Shown here: positions 21,800 through 38,422 of the stretch, piece by piece
Position numbering within the stretch: position 1 is the stretch's first letter
Layout of the letters: the number at the start of each line of letters is the position of its first letter
Origin: the human T2T-CHM13v2.0 reference genome, Homo sapiens
Direction: 5' to 3' (one strand)
Length of the DNA: 64,000 bases
Assembly (NCBI RefSeq): GCF_009914755.1
Contig: NC_060940.1
The notes under the pieces: model-generated
Seen by the model: the letters and a program-made list of their open reading frames with translations, nothing else
Database searches by the model: none
Told to the model about the DNA's origin: nothing
Program-made: the position numbers and the translations under genes

Positions 21800-22030
21800 C
21801 CTCAAAGCTGTCAGACAGGGACATTTAAGTCTGCAGAGGTTACTGCTGTCTTTTTGTTTGTCTGTGCCCTGCCCCCAGAGGTGGAGCCTACAGAGGCAGG
21901 CAGGCCTCCTTGAGCTGTGGTGAGCTCCACCCAGTTCGAGCTTCCTGGCTGCTTTGTTTACCTAAGGGAGCCTGGGCAATGGTGGGTGCCCCTCCACCAG
22001 CCTCGCTGCCGCCTTGCAGTTTGATCTCAG
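21800..22030 (+). promoter_or_regulatory. L1 antisense promoter (ASP) region, oriented with SNX29
   Basis: Corresponds to about nt 400-600 of an intact L1PA 5'UTR, the known ASP location; activity at this locus is inferred, not shown. Confidence 0.55.
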
Positions 22031-22302
22031 ACTGCTGTGCTAGCAATCAGCGAGACTCCATGGGTGTAGGACCCTCCGAGCCAGGTGCGGGATATAATCT
22101 CCTCACGCGCTGTTTCCTAAGCCCTTCGGAAAAGCGCAGTATTTGGGTGGGAGTGGCCCGATATTCCAGGTGCCGTCTGTCACCCCTTTCCTTGAACAGG
22201 AAAGGGAACTCCCTGACCCCTTGCGCTTCCCGAGTGAGGCAATGCCTCACCCTGCTTTGGCTGGTGCATGGTGCGCTGCACCCACTGTCTGGCACTCCGT
22301 AG
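21979..22302 (+). CDS. L1 ORF0 (antisense 5'UTR ORF), open, 107 aa if unspliced; donors after 22084 and 22169
   Basis: gggcaATGG strong Kozak; [36 protein letters not shown]... matches known L1 ORF0; CAG|GTGCGG and CAG|GTGCCG donors. Expression not shown. Confidence 0.6.
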   Translation: MVGAPPPASLPPCSLISDCCASNQRDSMGVGPSEPGAGYNLLTRCFLSPSEKRSIWVGVARYSRCRLSPLSLNRKGNSLTPCASRVRQCLTLLWLVHGALHPLSGTP

Positions 22303-22415
22303 TGAGATGAACCCAGTGCCTCAGATGCAAATGCAGAAATCACCCATCTTCTGCGTCACTCACGCTGGGAGCTGTAGACTGGAGCTGTTCCTATTCGGCC
22401 ATCTTGGCTCCTCCC

Positions 22416-22732
<317 letters not shown>

Positions 22733-23102
22733 TAGCCTGGGTGACAAAGCGAGACCCTGGATGCTTGGTGGCAGAACTGAAATGGACACCAAAGTCTTAT
22801 GCCACTGCCATCCTTGCTGCTATTACCGTTTTCTTCTTCTGTCTCTCCTCTTGGCTGTAATTTGGGGTCCCAGGGTGCTATTACATCCTTATTTTCAAAC
22901 CTAGCTCTAGAGTGGAACTTCCTGACTACCGTAAACCATATTAGATGCCATGGTCTTACCTGGAACAGTCAAGGGTTCTGCTCTCTCAAAATGACATTGC
23001 TTGTAGGAAGCTTGTCGCAGTTAGTTCAGTGTCAGAAGGAATTGGTGTTGCCAGACCCTTCCAGGGGGTGGAGTCTTTTTTTGCTATTTATTTTAGAAAA
23101 TG

Positions 23103-23402
23103 TGACTAGGCATGGTGGCCCATGCCTGTAATCTCAGCACTTTGGGAGGCCAAGGTGGGAGGATTACTTGAGGCCGGGAGTTCAACACCACCAGTCTGGG
23201 CAAGTGAGACCCTGTCTTTACAAATAAAACAACAACAAAAATTATCCAGATGTGGTGGTGCATGCCTGTAGTGTCAGCTACTTGGGAGACTGATGTGGGA
23301 AGATCACTTGAACCCAGGAGTTCAAGCCTTCAGCGAGCTGAGATTGCACCACTGCACTCCAGCCTAGTTAACGGAGTGAGAACCTGTCTTAAAAAAAAAA
23401 AA
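23103..23402 (+). mobile_element. Alu (AluJ)
   Basis: Diverged full dimer. Confidence 0.88.
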
Positions 23403-23497
23403 ATTGGAAAATGCAACAGTAAATGAAAAAAGAAAATCAGTCTTAACCCTCAACTTCATTATGTTGTTGATGTTTTGGTACTTTTCCTCCTAGTCAT

Positions 23498-23498
<1 letters not shown>

Positions 23499-23540
<42 letters not shown>
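23499..23540. repeat. (GT)21 microsatellite
   Basis: Perfect dinucleotide run. Confidence 0.97.
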
Positions 23541-23542
<2 letters not shown>

Positions 23543-23743
23543 CTCTGTTAACCATGTGATGACCGTGCTGTTCTCACCAAAGACACTAAACTTTATTTTT
23601 CATGTTGTAAATTATTTGTAAACATACAGTTGATTCTTATTATTCCCAGTAGTTGTATTCTATAAAGTTGCTATGAAGACTGAACCAGTGCTCCTAGGGG
23701 AAGTACATGGTTAAGTTGCTTTGAGGCTCTGGTCACACATTTT

Positions 23744-24032
23744 GTTTTTGAGATGAACTGTTGCTCTTTTGCCCGGGGCTGGAGTGCAGTGGCGTGATCT
23801 TGGCTCACTGCAACCTCTGTTTCCTGGGTTGAAGTGATTCTCCTGCCTCAGCCTCCCAAGTAGCTGGGATTACAGGCATGTGCTACCACACCCAGATAAT
23901 TTTTGTATTTTTAGTAGAGAAGGGGTTTTGCCATGTTCGCCAGGCTGGTCTCGAACTCCTGACCTCATGTGATCCACCCGCCTCGGCCTCCCAAAGTATT
24001 GCGATTACAGGCATGAGCCACCACACCTGGCC
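23744..24032 (-). mobile_element. Alu (AluS) inside the MER82-like element
   Basis: TSD tggtcaca(g)catttt at 23730 and 24033. Confidence 0.9.
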
Positions 24033-24279
24033 TGGTCACAGCATTTTTATCAACTGATCAACACATAACCTGGTTTTATGTCTGTTCCTGTTTAAAGACA
24101 CCTTGTTTAATGTATGCAGTTGATTCATTAACATTGAATTCACAGCCAGCAGCACTGTAAGCCATGCCTGAATGAAGCATCTCTAACTCACAAATTATCT
24201 CCATACGGCACATCACAGCCTTCCTGTGCTTAGGAACTGTCGGCAGTACCACTTCAGCACTGTGCTTGGGGACATTTTA

Positions 24280-24573
<294 letters not shown>

Positions 24574-24944
24574 CTAAAAACATGGCAGTAAATAGACAGC
24601 AAAGAGGATGCTTGTTTACGGTGTGAGATCTGAGGTCCCAGCTGTTCGACTTCAGCTGAGATTATGCACATTAGGGAGTGAAATTATTGGCCTCTGCACG
24701 TGTTCATGAATGATTGTGAAAGCACCTCAAGTATTGACTTTGGGGTTACAAATAAATTTTAGTGCGTAGATGAATTTCCAAATACGGAATCTGCAGATAA
24801 CGAGGCCTGACTAATTTCCAATGACTGCCTCTATCCCTTCTAGTAGAGGTACCGGAGTAAACCGACCTCTGCTAGTTTTTGGAATGGTGAGGGTGTGTAC
24901 TTTCAGTGGCCGAGTGTAACTTCCTCCTGCCTGCTTTTTCCTAG

Positions 24945-25027
24945 TGTGGAAGCCAGCTCTCCAGGCCACGGAAGTCCTCTGAGCAGCCTGTTACCTTCTG
25001 CCTCAGTGCCAGAGTCCATGACAATTA
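24945..25027 (+). CDS. SNX29: SNX29 internal coding exon C (83 bp, phase 2 to phase 1)
   Basis: ctgctttttcctag|TGTGG acceptor and ATTA|gtaagt donor; AG+T=S, then VEASSPGHGSPLSSLLPSASVPESMTI. Confidence 0.92.
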
Positions 25028-25539
25028 GTAAGTACTTTCGCAGCCCCCTCCACCAGCTCTGGGATGACTTCTGGCCCACGTCTCATGGCGGTGCCTTTGT
25101 GCTTCTAACCCTGTGACTGTGGGTTCACGTCAGGTGTGTACGTCCCTGGTTGTAGACTGGAGGTGTGGTACGTGCTTGTGGATATCCAGAACCGTGGTTA
25201 ATGCGTGGCGCTTGGGCGTGTGCGCGCTAAAGGGCGTGCCTCAGGATGGAGCAGCCTTGCCGTAGACTTCTGTGGTTCCAGGTTTTGGGGTTTGCCTCCC
25301 ATAATGCAGTTAGCTACAGAGGACCTATTCTAGTTGGATTTCCTTTGTAACTCTGAAGGACTCATTTTTGTAAGTGAAGAAGAATATGTCTCTCCAAGAT
25401 GATTAAACTTTGCTAATGATCAGGCTTCAACTGTTTCCAACTTTACTACCTAGAAAAAGTATTAGAGATATAGCAAGGAAGACTAGGTTTGAATGGCTTT
25501 GTATAACAAAGAATAAACCAACTGTTATGTAAACTGACG

Positions 25540-26430
25540 GGTGCTCCTGGTATCTCACTGGTGGCTTGAGCCAGCATTTGTCCCATGGCCTCCCCTGGAG
25601 GCAGAGGGGGCACTTGTTCCCAATTAAAAAAAAAAATTAGCTTTTGTTGCTAAGGAAGGAAGAAGGCGTTTGGGAGGCACCTAGCATTTTCTGATTCAAG
25701 GGTGAAGCAGGAAGTGAGCAGACACTATGTAAACCAACAGTTGGTTTATTTTTTGTACACAAAGCCATTCAGACCTACTCTTCTTGAAGTTCCGGTGGTT
25801 AAGGAGATGTGATGGAAATTTCTCTCTATCCAGAGGTAGATGGGCTGGGGCTGGTATGTGGCTCCACGGCCATCAGAGACCGGGACTCCTCCTGTCTTGC
25901 CTTGTAGACCAAAATAGCCATTTTAGCTCCAGCCATTTCATTCTCATTCCAGGCGGCAGGAAGGAGGAGAGAGCAGAGAGACTTCGTCTATTTCTACATA
26001 TAGGATTCAGGGGCCTGAGCTTGGATAGGGAAAAAAATTACAATGTTTTTCATTTAGCTCTGGGTGAAATATAGTATTTTCTTCAATCATGATCATTCTA
26101 TTTTGATGTAATTGGTTTCCTTTGTGATATGGTATGTTTTATATATTTTAATACATTTTCCTGAATAGGAGCCCATGGTTATTCCTAGATTACAAAATGG
26201 GCTCTTGGTACAAAAACGTTGAAGCTCCCCCGACCTTCACTAGAAGGTGCTTACAGTATACCACTCGTGTCTTGGGCCAGCATTCATGTCATGGTCCCCC
26301 TTGGCTGCAGAGGGGGCAATTGTTCTTGATAAAAAGGAAATTAGTTTTTGTTGCTAAGGAAGGAAGAAAGAGTTTGGGAGGCACCCAGCATTCTTTGATT
26401 CAAGGGTGAAGCAGGAAGTGAGCAGACACC
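25540..26430. repeat. Dispersed direct duplication of about 185 bp (25540-25725 / 26245-26429), offset 704
   Basis: Shared gccagcatt..gcagagggggca..ttgttgctaaggaaggaagaa..tgattcaagggtgaagcaggaagtgagcagacac. Confidence 0.9.
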
Positions 26431-26576
26431 GTAAGGCTGCTGCGTGGGAACGGCTGGCCGCACTTTTTGTATGTGAGCATGTGTGGTTTACTGTGGCGCT
26501 GCTCAGCCCTGAACTCCGCTGAGCAGGTGTTAATAGATCACTCAGTCCATGGGACACAGGGTGGGTGAGTATGTAG

Positions 26577-27092
<516 letters not shown>

Positions 27093-27320
27093 CTGTAGTT
27101 TACTTTTAATGATGCACTTAAACAAATTGAATTCCTTTATTTTTTGAAAAAGGAAGCTTTATCTCACTACTGTAAATGGAGAGTCACTATGAGTTAACGA
27201 AACCAGCAGGTCGCTGTAAAATGAAGACAGTGGAAGGAAACTATTACTAAGTGTGCCTGGCGTGGTTGCCTGCCCTGGGTTCCGATTGATACCCACTCTT
27301 GTTGTTCAAAAGAGAGATGA

Positions 27321-27789
27321 GTGCTGCTTCTTTTTGGCCCCGGCCTGTGGCAAGTATCTCAGTCTTCATACTGCTGGGAAGCTCTGTAACCACCAGCAAG
27401 ACCAGAAGTGGGGTGATCAGCAGTGCAGGAAAGCCCATTTGGGTGCAGTCCCCGCACCTAGCCCTTTTGGAAGTGCTTCTCCAAAAGGGAATTGTGCCGG
27501 AAAAGTAGGGATTGAAACCAAACAGCCACATCCTGCCATCAGGATGCTCTTTATGGCCCCACTGACCAAGAAATCACAGCTTCTGTACTCAGTGATGACT
27601 GCTTGACTTCAGTTGAGGACAACAATGAAGTTCTGTAGCCAGGCGTGGTGGCAGATGTCTGTAATCCCAGCTACTCGGGAGGCTGAGGCAAGAGAATTGC
27701 TTAAACCCCGGGAGGTGGAGGTTGCAGTGAGCCGAGATGGCGACACTGCACTCCAGCCTGGGTGCCAGAGCGAGACTCTTTGTCTCAAA

Positions 27790-27828
<39 letters not shown>

Positions 27829-28066
27829 AAAGCTAAAATAAAAATTTCGGGGAAAAAAATTTAGGGATAAAACCTTGGTGAAGTTCTGATTGCTGGATTT
27901 GGTCACAAAGATCATGCTGTTGGTGACATCCCTGGGGTCCGAGTTAAGGTTCTCAGAGTAGTCAGTGTAGCTCTCCCTTGGTCCTATGCAAAGGCAAGAA
28001 GGAAAGACCAAGATAATACATTTTGATGGTGAAAACACAGTAGAAATATATTTTTATAAGCCAAAG
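27321..28066 (+). pseudogene. Processed pseudogene of ribosomal protein S23 (RPS23), Alu-interrupted
   Basis: Intronless GKYLSLHTAGKL..DQKW..KAHLG..PFGSAS..KVGIETKQP..AIR; resumes after the Alu with [32 protein letters not shown] and 3'UTR gatggtgaaaacac; start ATG lost; possible TSD agagatg at about 27313 and 28071. Confidence 0.92.
27636..27831 (+). mobile_element. Alu right arm inserted in the RPS23 pseudogene
   Basis: tagccaggcgtggtgg...A-tail; tgaagttctg duplicated at 27626 and 27879. Confidence 0.9.
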
Positions 28067-29054
28067 GCAAAGAGATGTGTCAGCGAGTCACATTAGGTGT
28101 TGAGGCTATCCTGTTACTGAACTGATGGTAATGGAGAGGACTGAGGATGAGAAAAGAAGCCACTCCTGTGACTTGCTGGGATCTAACGCCACATCGCTTC
28201 CCAGCACCTATGATTCTGTCTCTGTGTGGGTGGCACCGTGGTGTAGATGGACAAGACTTGACTCTGGCTGTGAGGCACAGCTACTGTAAAGAACACTGCG
28301 TTTTGATTTATGGGCATTTTTTTTTTTTAAAGGACAGCAGCCCCGAGATCATGCCTGCGAGCCTTTGTAGGCACCGTAAGTAGGGCTGCAGGCATCCCTG
28401 TGTGCCCTGGCAGGTGTCTGACATTCTGTTTCCCAAGAGTTCCTGCGGCCGGGGCTGAGGTCCCAGCATCTCAGATAAACACGGTTTGCTTTGTCAGCTG
28501 CGTCTCAGGTCCACATAGAGCATGGTGTCTGGGCCTTCCTCAGCCGCTTTCTGTCTTTGAGGAAGTCACTGGCCTTGCCTGTGCATTTTCAGTGATGACA
28601 TACATGCCCTTAAACATGCTCGAGTTAGGCCAGTGACAGAGGCGTAGATTGTTTTTCTTGTTTTGACTCAGACAATTTTTTAGAAACTATATCATTTTAT
28701 TATTTGGCATTTTGAGCAAGTTTGGGACATATCCAGAGCTTATACCTTGAATCTCTGAAGAAAAAAATGTCACCATGTCTGCATTTGAGCCTTGATACTT
28801 GGTAGAAACGTGGTCTGTGGTTAGGATTGTGTGTGGGTGGCTGGGACAAGGGGCTTCTGTCTTCTGCGGTGCCTGTACCTTTAGGAGTCTTCAAGGACAG
28901 TGCTGTTGTCTACCCTGGATGTCATCCAGCACAGATGAGGGGTCAGGAATCCTAGAAATTTTGAGCGAAGGGTGGTTTTCACTTGTGTTTTCCCACCCTG
29001 CCATCACCTCCTGTGTCACATGCAAGAGGAGTAAGAAGAGTGGGTCTGTCTGGG

Positions 29055-29756
<702 letters not shown>

Positions 29757-30258
29757 TGAGTTGTCCCAGGAGTGAGTGTCGCAAATGCCGTCCCAGTTCA
29801 GATGGAGCATCCCATTGCTGCATGTGAAGCACCTGAGATTCTCCTCTAGAGCAGTCACTGGACTCTTGGAAACCCCAGAGGAGCTTGGCAAAGAAACTCA
29901 TCAGCTCTGCCCCACAAAGCAGCGAATGCTTCACTCACATCCCGCCAAGTGGCTTCCCTGGCTTCGTGTAATAATCTGTGGAGGTGGCTGCCTCTGTACT
30001 GTAATTGAGCTAGAGCTAGGTAATTTAATCCTCAGTGCCTGCGGATAATTGTGAAGTCTTCTATCGAGCAACCTTTCCCTCTCAGGTATCTCTGAAATTG
30101 CAAAGGGTGTTTTGTCCTGAGGCATTCAGAGGGACTGTATTCTTGTGGTTATTTACTACTGAAGAGAAGATGGTGTATCCAGACCCACATGATTGTTCTC
30201 CTACTGCAAGGCCCTCTGGTACTTCAGAAAATACAAAAGCCTGTTATGAAAAAGTTAA

Positions 30259-30518
30259 TTTTTTTTTTTTTTTGAGACGGAGTGTTGCTCTTATCGCCCA
30301 GGCTGGAGTGCAGTGGCACGATCTCGGGTCACTGAAACCTCCGCCTCCCGGATTCAGGCTATTCTCCTGCCTCAGCCTCATGAGTAGCTGGGATTACAGA
30401 TGCCCGCCACCACACCCAGCTAATTTTTGTACTTTTAGTAGAGGCAGGGTTTCACCATGTTGGCCAGGCTGGTCTCGAACTCCTGACCTTGTGATCCGCC
30501 CACCTCGGCTTTCCAAAG
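30259..30518 (-). mobile_element. Alu (AluS), 5'-truncated
   Basis: TSD tgaaaaagttaatt. Confidence 0.88.
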
Positions 30519-30897
30519 TGAAAAAGTTAATTATTTAGCAAAGCAGTAAAGACAGTTTGGAGCAAACTAAAACACCCATAATTCTGCCTCAGGGATGCCT
30601 TGCATTTCTGCAGGTAGGTTCCCAGTTCTTGTTTCGGGCACACGGAGCTGTACCTGGGGTTGGAGTTGCAGCTGTGCCTGTTGCTCTCGGGAGGCCATGT
30701 GCCCTCAGGGCCGGGAGGGCACACTCGGAAGCTCAGCTGCCTGGGCTCAGGTTCCAGCTGAGTGGCCCCAGCCCCCTCAGTACCGTGTCCTTATCAAGAT
30801 AGAGTGACAGGATCAACACCCAAATCATGGGCGGCCATGAAGATAACTGTGATGTGCTTAGAACAGCATCAGGATCAGAGTTAAGAGTCAATAAATA

Positions 30898-31305
<408 letters not shown>

Positions 31306-31405
31306 TCAGCTCTTACCACCAGTTCCTGACAAACCCTCAAAGCAAACTTCTGGAATGCTATGGGCTTGTTAAGAACACAGCAGGTCCGAGGAGAGTGGCA
31401 TTTGA

Positions 31406-31737
<332 letters not shown>

Positions 31738-32118
31738 CCCACCCTACTTCTCTAATAAAATGTGTCTGTTTATTATTCTAGTTCTGACTAGAATAATAAT
31801 CTATCAAAATAGAAGCTAGTAAAAGTAACAGTATATTCTGGTAAAACTGACTGTATGCCATGTATGGTGCTGAAGCATTTTTATTTATGTTTTCTCATTG
31901 AATCCCCCAGCAGCCTTCTGAGGTGTAGGTTATATTATTCTCTTTTGTATAAGAAAATGAGGCTTAGGAGGGTAAGTACCTGCCCAAGGCCTCATGGCTA
32001 GTAGAACAGATAGTTACTGAGCACCTACTGTGTGCCAGACATGGTGTCTAGCTATAGTAAGTGGTGAATCTGTGAGAGACCCAGGTGTTCTTACTCCAAA
32101 ACCTACACTCTTGCCAAT

Positions 32119-32414
<296 letters not shown>

Positions 32415-32534
32415 ACGCTCTTGCCAATTCTACATTACCTAAGGAGACACGTTTCATTGTCACCAGCCAGGGCAAGCAGCAGTGGACTAGTCATATGTAG
32501 GCATCCAGGTCTGAGAGCCTTAAGCTTATCATTA

Positions 32535-32824
32535 CTATTTTTGGAGGCAGGGTCTCTGTTGCCCAGGCTGGAGTGCAGTGGTGCATTCCTGGCTTACTGC
32601 AGCCTTGAACTCCTGGGCTTAAGCGATCCTCCTGCCTCAGCTTCCCAAGTAGCTGGGACTGAAGGTGCATGCCACCCCGCCCGGCTGTGTTTTAATGCTT
32701 ATTTTGTAGAGATGGGAGTCTTGCTATGTTGCCTAGGCTGGTCTTGAACTCCTGGTCTCAGATAATCCTCCCGCCTCAGCCTCTCAAAGTGCGGGGGTTA
32801 CGACATGACCTACTATGCCTGGCC
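32535..32824 (-). mobile_element. Alu (AluJ)
   Basis: Diverged dimer. Confidence 0.85.
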
Positions 32825-33177
32825 AAACACCAAATTTTAAAATGAAGAAAAATTTTCTTTTTACCAGTTTAATTTAACTATTGTCATTTTTAAAAAACTT
32901 AATTTGCGGCAACAATGTTTCAATAAAATTTTGGATTAAATAGTCCCATGGGTCCCAATCTGGGGGACCAGGAGGTACAAATAGAAGATGCGGGTGAGAG
33001 AGAAACATTGTGAACCAGAGTAATGGAGGCTGACACAGATGCAGAGCAGTTGGGTCTTTCTGGAATAGCACGTGTCTCTGCCTTTGGCTGCGATATTTCA
33101 GCTCTGTTATTGGCAGGCTTTAATAACAAGCAGGGTAACCATCATAACACTTAAAACTGATAGACAAATGTGGTTCA

Positions 33178-33710
<533 letters not shown>

Positions 33711-34626
33711 ACATTTAAGGTAATGATTAGTACTCATTAGATGGTAAAGCAGCCGTCATTATGCGAGATGCCTCTCTGAAGTTATCCTGGGCTTTACAGC
33801 AACCCAGAAGGTACAGGCATTACTGGTCCATTGTACAGATGAGAAAGTCACTGAGGCAGAGGCCAAATACAGTGCTCAGAGTCACACAGCCAAACTTCTG
33901 GGGCTGCAGCTTCCATATCCAGCTGTATCCTCTTTCCCTCTTCCTCCTGGTTGACGTGGCTGGGAAGCAGCAGTGTTTTGTGTTCGATAGGCTAAGCTGG
34001 CAACCTGATTCCTGCTGGTGGAGCTGCTGCCGCCTCTGCAATACGCTTTTGAAGGAGGACCTGTTGGGCAGTGGGTCCTCATGGCTAGACCCTGTGCAGG
34101 GGGCCATGGTCCTTTGGGGGGTATGAGCACTGCCCTGTCTCGTTCTGGCTTTGCTTGTGTCTCTAGGCTAGGCTGCATGACTGGGAAGGATGGGTGCTCT
34201 CCACACAGGTCCTGCCGTGGGTGTCTGAGGCTGCAGGGCACCAGCTCAGTCTCTGCAGCAGGCCTCACAGTGTCACTGTTTGGGCCAGGCAGAAAGCTAG
34301 AGAGAGACAGGAGAGGCAGGAACAGATCTGGTCAGCTGATCCAGCACCTGCAGAAGGCTGCAGCGGGACCGGCTCTGCGGGGTCAGAGCAGGGGCGGGTG
34401 TTGGGTGGGTGTTTTCATGTTGCTAGGGGGAGGTGCCACGTTGCCAGGTGTCCCTTGTAAGCTCTGCAGGGTGCTTTTAGGACATGGGTGCTGACTTGTG
34501 CTGTTTGACAGACATAGACTCTGTTCCCACTTGTTCTTATACTTAGAAAGGATTTTTAGCTATCCCTCCCCAGCCCTCATTTATATGGGAAGGCTTGGCT
34601 CAGGGAGCGTAAGGACATTGTGGTCA

Positions 34627-35470
<844 letters not shown>

Positions 35471-36839
35471 AATAGAAAAAAACCTGCAACTATTTCTGCC
35501 CAGTGTCCATAGTATAATATGATCGCCACACTGCTACTCTTGGTTTATATACTGATGAACAAGAAGCAAAGGTCCTGCCCTCAGAAGCTGTCAGAACTGT
35601 GGGGAAGACAAGCAGCAAGCATTAGAAAGGCAAAGCCTATGCCCTGTTTTAAGGCATGTTTCAGGAAAGGGCTTCTCTCAGATGTCAGCGGGGCTGAGGT
35701 CTCAGGATGGGGGGTTTGGCCTGTTTTGGTGGCGGGTGGTACCGCTGGCATTGCGCTGCCAGAAGTGAGGGGGAGAGTGAGTTGGAGGATGCTGGAGAGG
35801 GTGGCTCGTGTAGATTTTATCCCACGTACAATGGGAAGCCAGTGGAGGACTTGAAGCAGGGGCGATAGGATTTACTCACTTCCTCTTGCGAAGAGCAGGC
35901 TCTGAAGCCTGCTTGCCACGCAGAGCACACTCAGCAGTGCGTTCCTTCCGTCCTTCACTGCTCCTTCCCTCCGCCCTCCCTTGTACAGGCAGTGCTGAGG
36001 GCTCCCCTGTGTCTCGGGGTAGGGAGTCCTGAGTTGACTTAGCGGCCATACTCTCAGGCTGCTGACAGTCCTGTCACTGCCCTAAGCACGGTGCCCTAAC
36101 ACCCGTGAGTCATAGAGCTGTGCTAGGTGCAGCAGGAGAGACGCGTCCCAGCGGGGAGTTCTGGAGCCAGGATGCGGGGTGGGGCGGTGCGCGGGCCGGT
36201 ATCAGAGTCCTGGCTTCCAGCCTCAGCTCCACCACTTCCTAACTAGATTTCTCTTTCTTTTTTCCTTAAAGACTCTCTGGTCCCCTGTCCTCATTTGTGA
36301 AATGAGGACATTCTCACCGGCGTCTCAGGGGTGTTCTGAGGTCCAAACGTACTAGCTTAGTAAGGCATTAGACTTGAGTGTGGAACCGGGCATCCTTTGT
36401 GATTGGAGCCTTCTCAGCTACCTGGAAGCTTTTACGGTGGGGAGCGGCGGGGCTCTAGTTCTTCCGGGTTAGGACTTTGCGCAGGAATGCAGAGGCAGTG
36501 GGAGGGAATGGGGGTAAATGTTCCGTGCCGCCTCACGCGGTTATTGATGGTAGGTGGTGGCGTTGCTCCAGGGAGGCCAGTTCCTCTTGAAGTCACATCT
36601 GGAGACCCCCTTGGGACCAATTTTTAAGCCCATTTGGTAGCTCCCCAAGGGTTCAAGTGCCAGCTCCAAACCCTAGTCCCGGGGTTTAGGGTTTGAATTC
36701 TAGGATGCTGCCTGGTTTCCCATTTCCATCCTGGTTTCTCTCCAGATGGCCTCTGCCAGTCTTCACATATCAAATCCATCCGTAAGTTCATTCCTATTTC
36801 TGGGGCAATTCTAGATTTTCCTTCAAAGAGTGCCTGGAA

Positions 36840-37165
<326 letters not shown>

Positions 37166-37456
37166 GAGCGCCTGGAAAATAGTAATAATACAAATACTTT
37201 CTTATTCATTTTACCTACCATAAACCAGGCTTTACCTTCACTAATGCTTAATCTTCATAGCATCCGTGTAAAATAGGAGTGCTAGACTTGTTCTGTAGTT
37301 GAAGAAACTGAGAGGCTTTGCTGAAGGTCATACTGCTATTGGGTGGTGGAGGCAGGGTTCACACCCGCTCCCCCTCCTTGCCGTTCCTGGAGACCCACAA
37401 GCTTGTGTAATGCCCCACCTTCAGAGAAAAGCACCCAGGTCTCAGGATGTCCCCTT

Positions 37457-38120
37457 TGCTATAGACTGAATGTTTGTGTGCCCCTAAAATTCCTAGGTTG
37501 GAATCCTAACCCCCAGTGTGATGGTGTTAGGAGGTGGGCGTTTGGGAGTTGATTAGGTCATGAGGCTGGAGCCCTCATGAGTGGGATTAGTGCCCTTAAA
37601 AAAGGGACCCCAGAGGTTGGGTATCATGGCTTATGCCTGCAATCCCAGCACTTTGGGAGGCTGAGGCAGGAGGATTGCTTGATCCCAGAACTCGAGACCA
37701 GCCTGAGTAGCACAGATAGACCCTGTCTCTACACACACACAAAAATTAGACTTGGTGGTGCGTGCCTGTTGTCCCAGCTACTTGGAAGTGAGCCCACTTT
37801 GAGGTGAGCCCAGGAGTTTGAGGCTGCGGTGAGCCAAGATCATGCTACTGCACTCCAGCCCGGGCAACAGAGCAAGATCCTTCTCAAAAAAAAAAAAAAA
37901 AAAGGGACCCCAGAGACCTTGTTTACCCTTTCTGCCATGTAATGATGACACAGCAAGAAGGCGCCATCAGTGAACCAAGAAGAGGACCCTCACCAGATCC
38001 CGAATCTGTCGGTGCCTTGATCTTGGACTTCCAGCTGCCAGAACTGTGAGAAAATCAGTCCCTGTCGTTCACAGTGCACCGGGTCCATGGTGTTTTGTTT
38101 TCGCAGCCCTACTCGGCGGA
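37457..38120 (+). mobile_element. MLT1A-type MaLR LTR, Alu-interrupted
   Basis: tgctatagactgaatgtttgtgt ... gccttgatcttggacttccagc..cagaactgtgagaaa. Confidence 0.82.
37614..37902 (+). mobile_element. Alu (AluJ) in MLT1A
   Basis: TSD aaaaaagggaccccagag. Confidence 0.88.
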
Positions 38121-38395
38121 GGTGCTCCTGCAAGAGGCCCTCTTTCCCTGGCCGTCCATCTAGAAGAGCGCAGCACAGGCAATCTCATCCCATCCCCCCA
38201 AGTGCAGCACTTCCCTGGCTGCTGACTTCAGGTTTCAGAGCCCCCTGTAACCTCACTCCCCTCTTTAGTTTCTTTCCTGTAGCCCCCACTGGGATACAAG
38301 CTCCCTGAGTAGACACACTTTGTCTGCTAGTTAATTGCCATTTTCCTCCTCCCCCAAATCCTGCCTGACAAGTAGTTGTTCAAGAGACATTTAAA

Positions 38396-38422
38396 GAAGG
38401 AAGGAAGGAAGGAAGGAAGGAA
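38396..38422. repeat. (GGAA)n short microsatellite
   Basis: About 6 GGAA units. Confidence 0.85.

Noticed and set aside
27253-27606. Functional RPS23 retrogene
   Set aside because: Start codon lost, frameshifts, many substitutions and an Alu in the coding region.
36130-36560. CpG island or internal promoter
   Set aside because: Only a short CpG/GC-box patch interleaved with a MIR relic; too small to call from sequence.
38396-38422. EWS-FLI1-type GGAA enhancer microsatellite
   Set aside because: Only about 6 units, at an L2-type tail; too short to flag.
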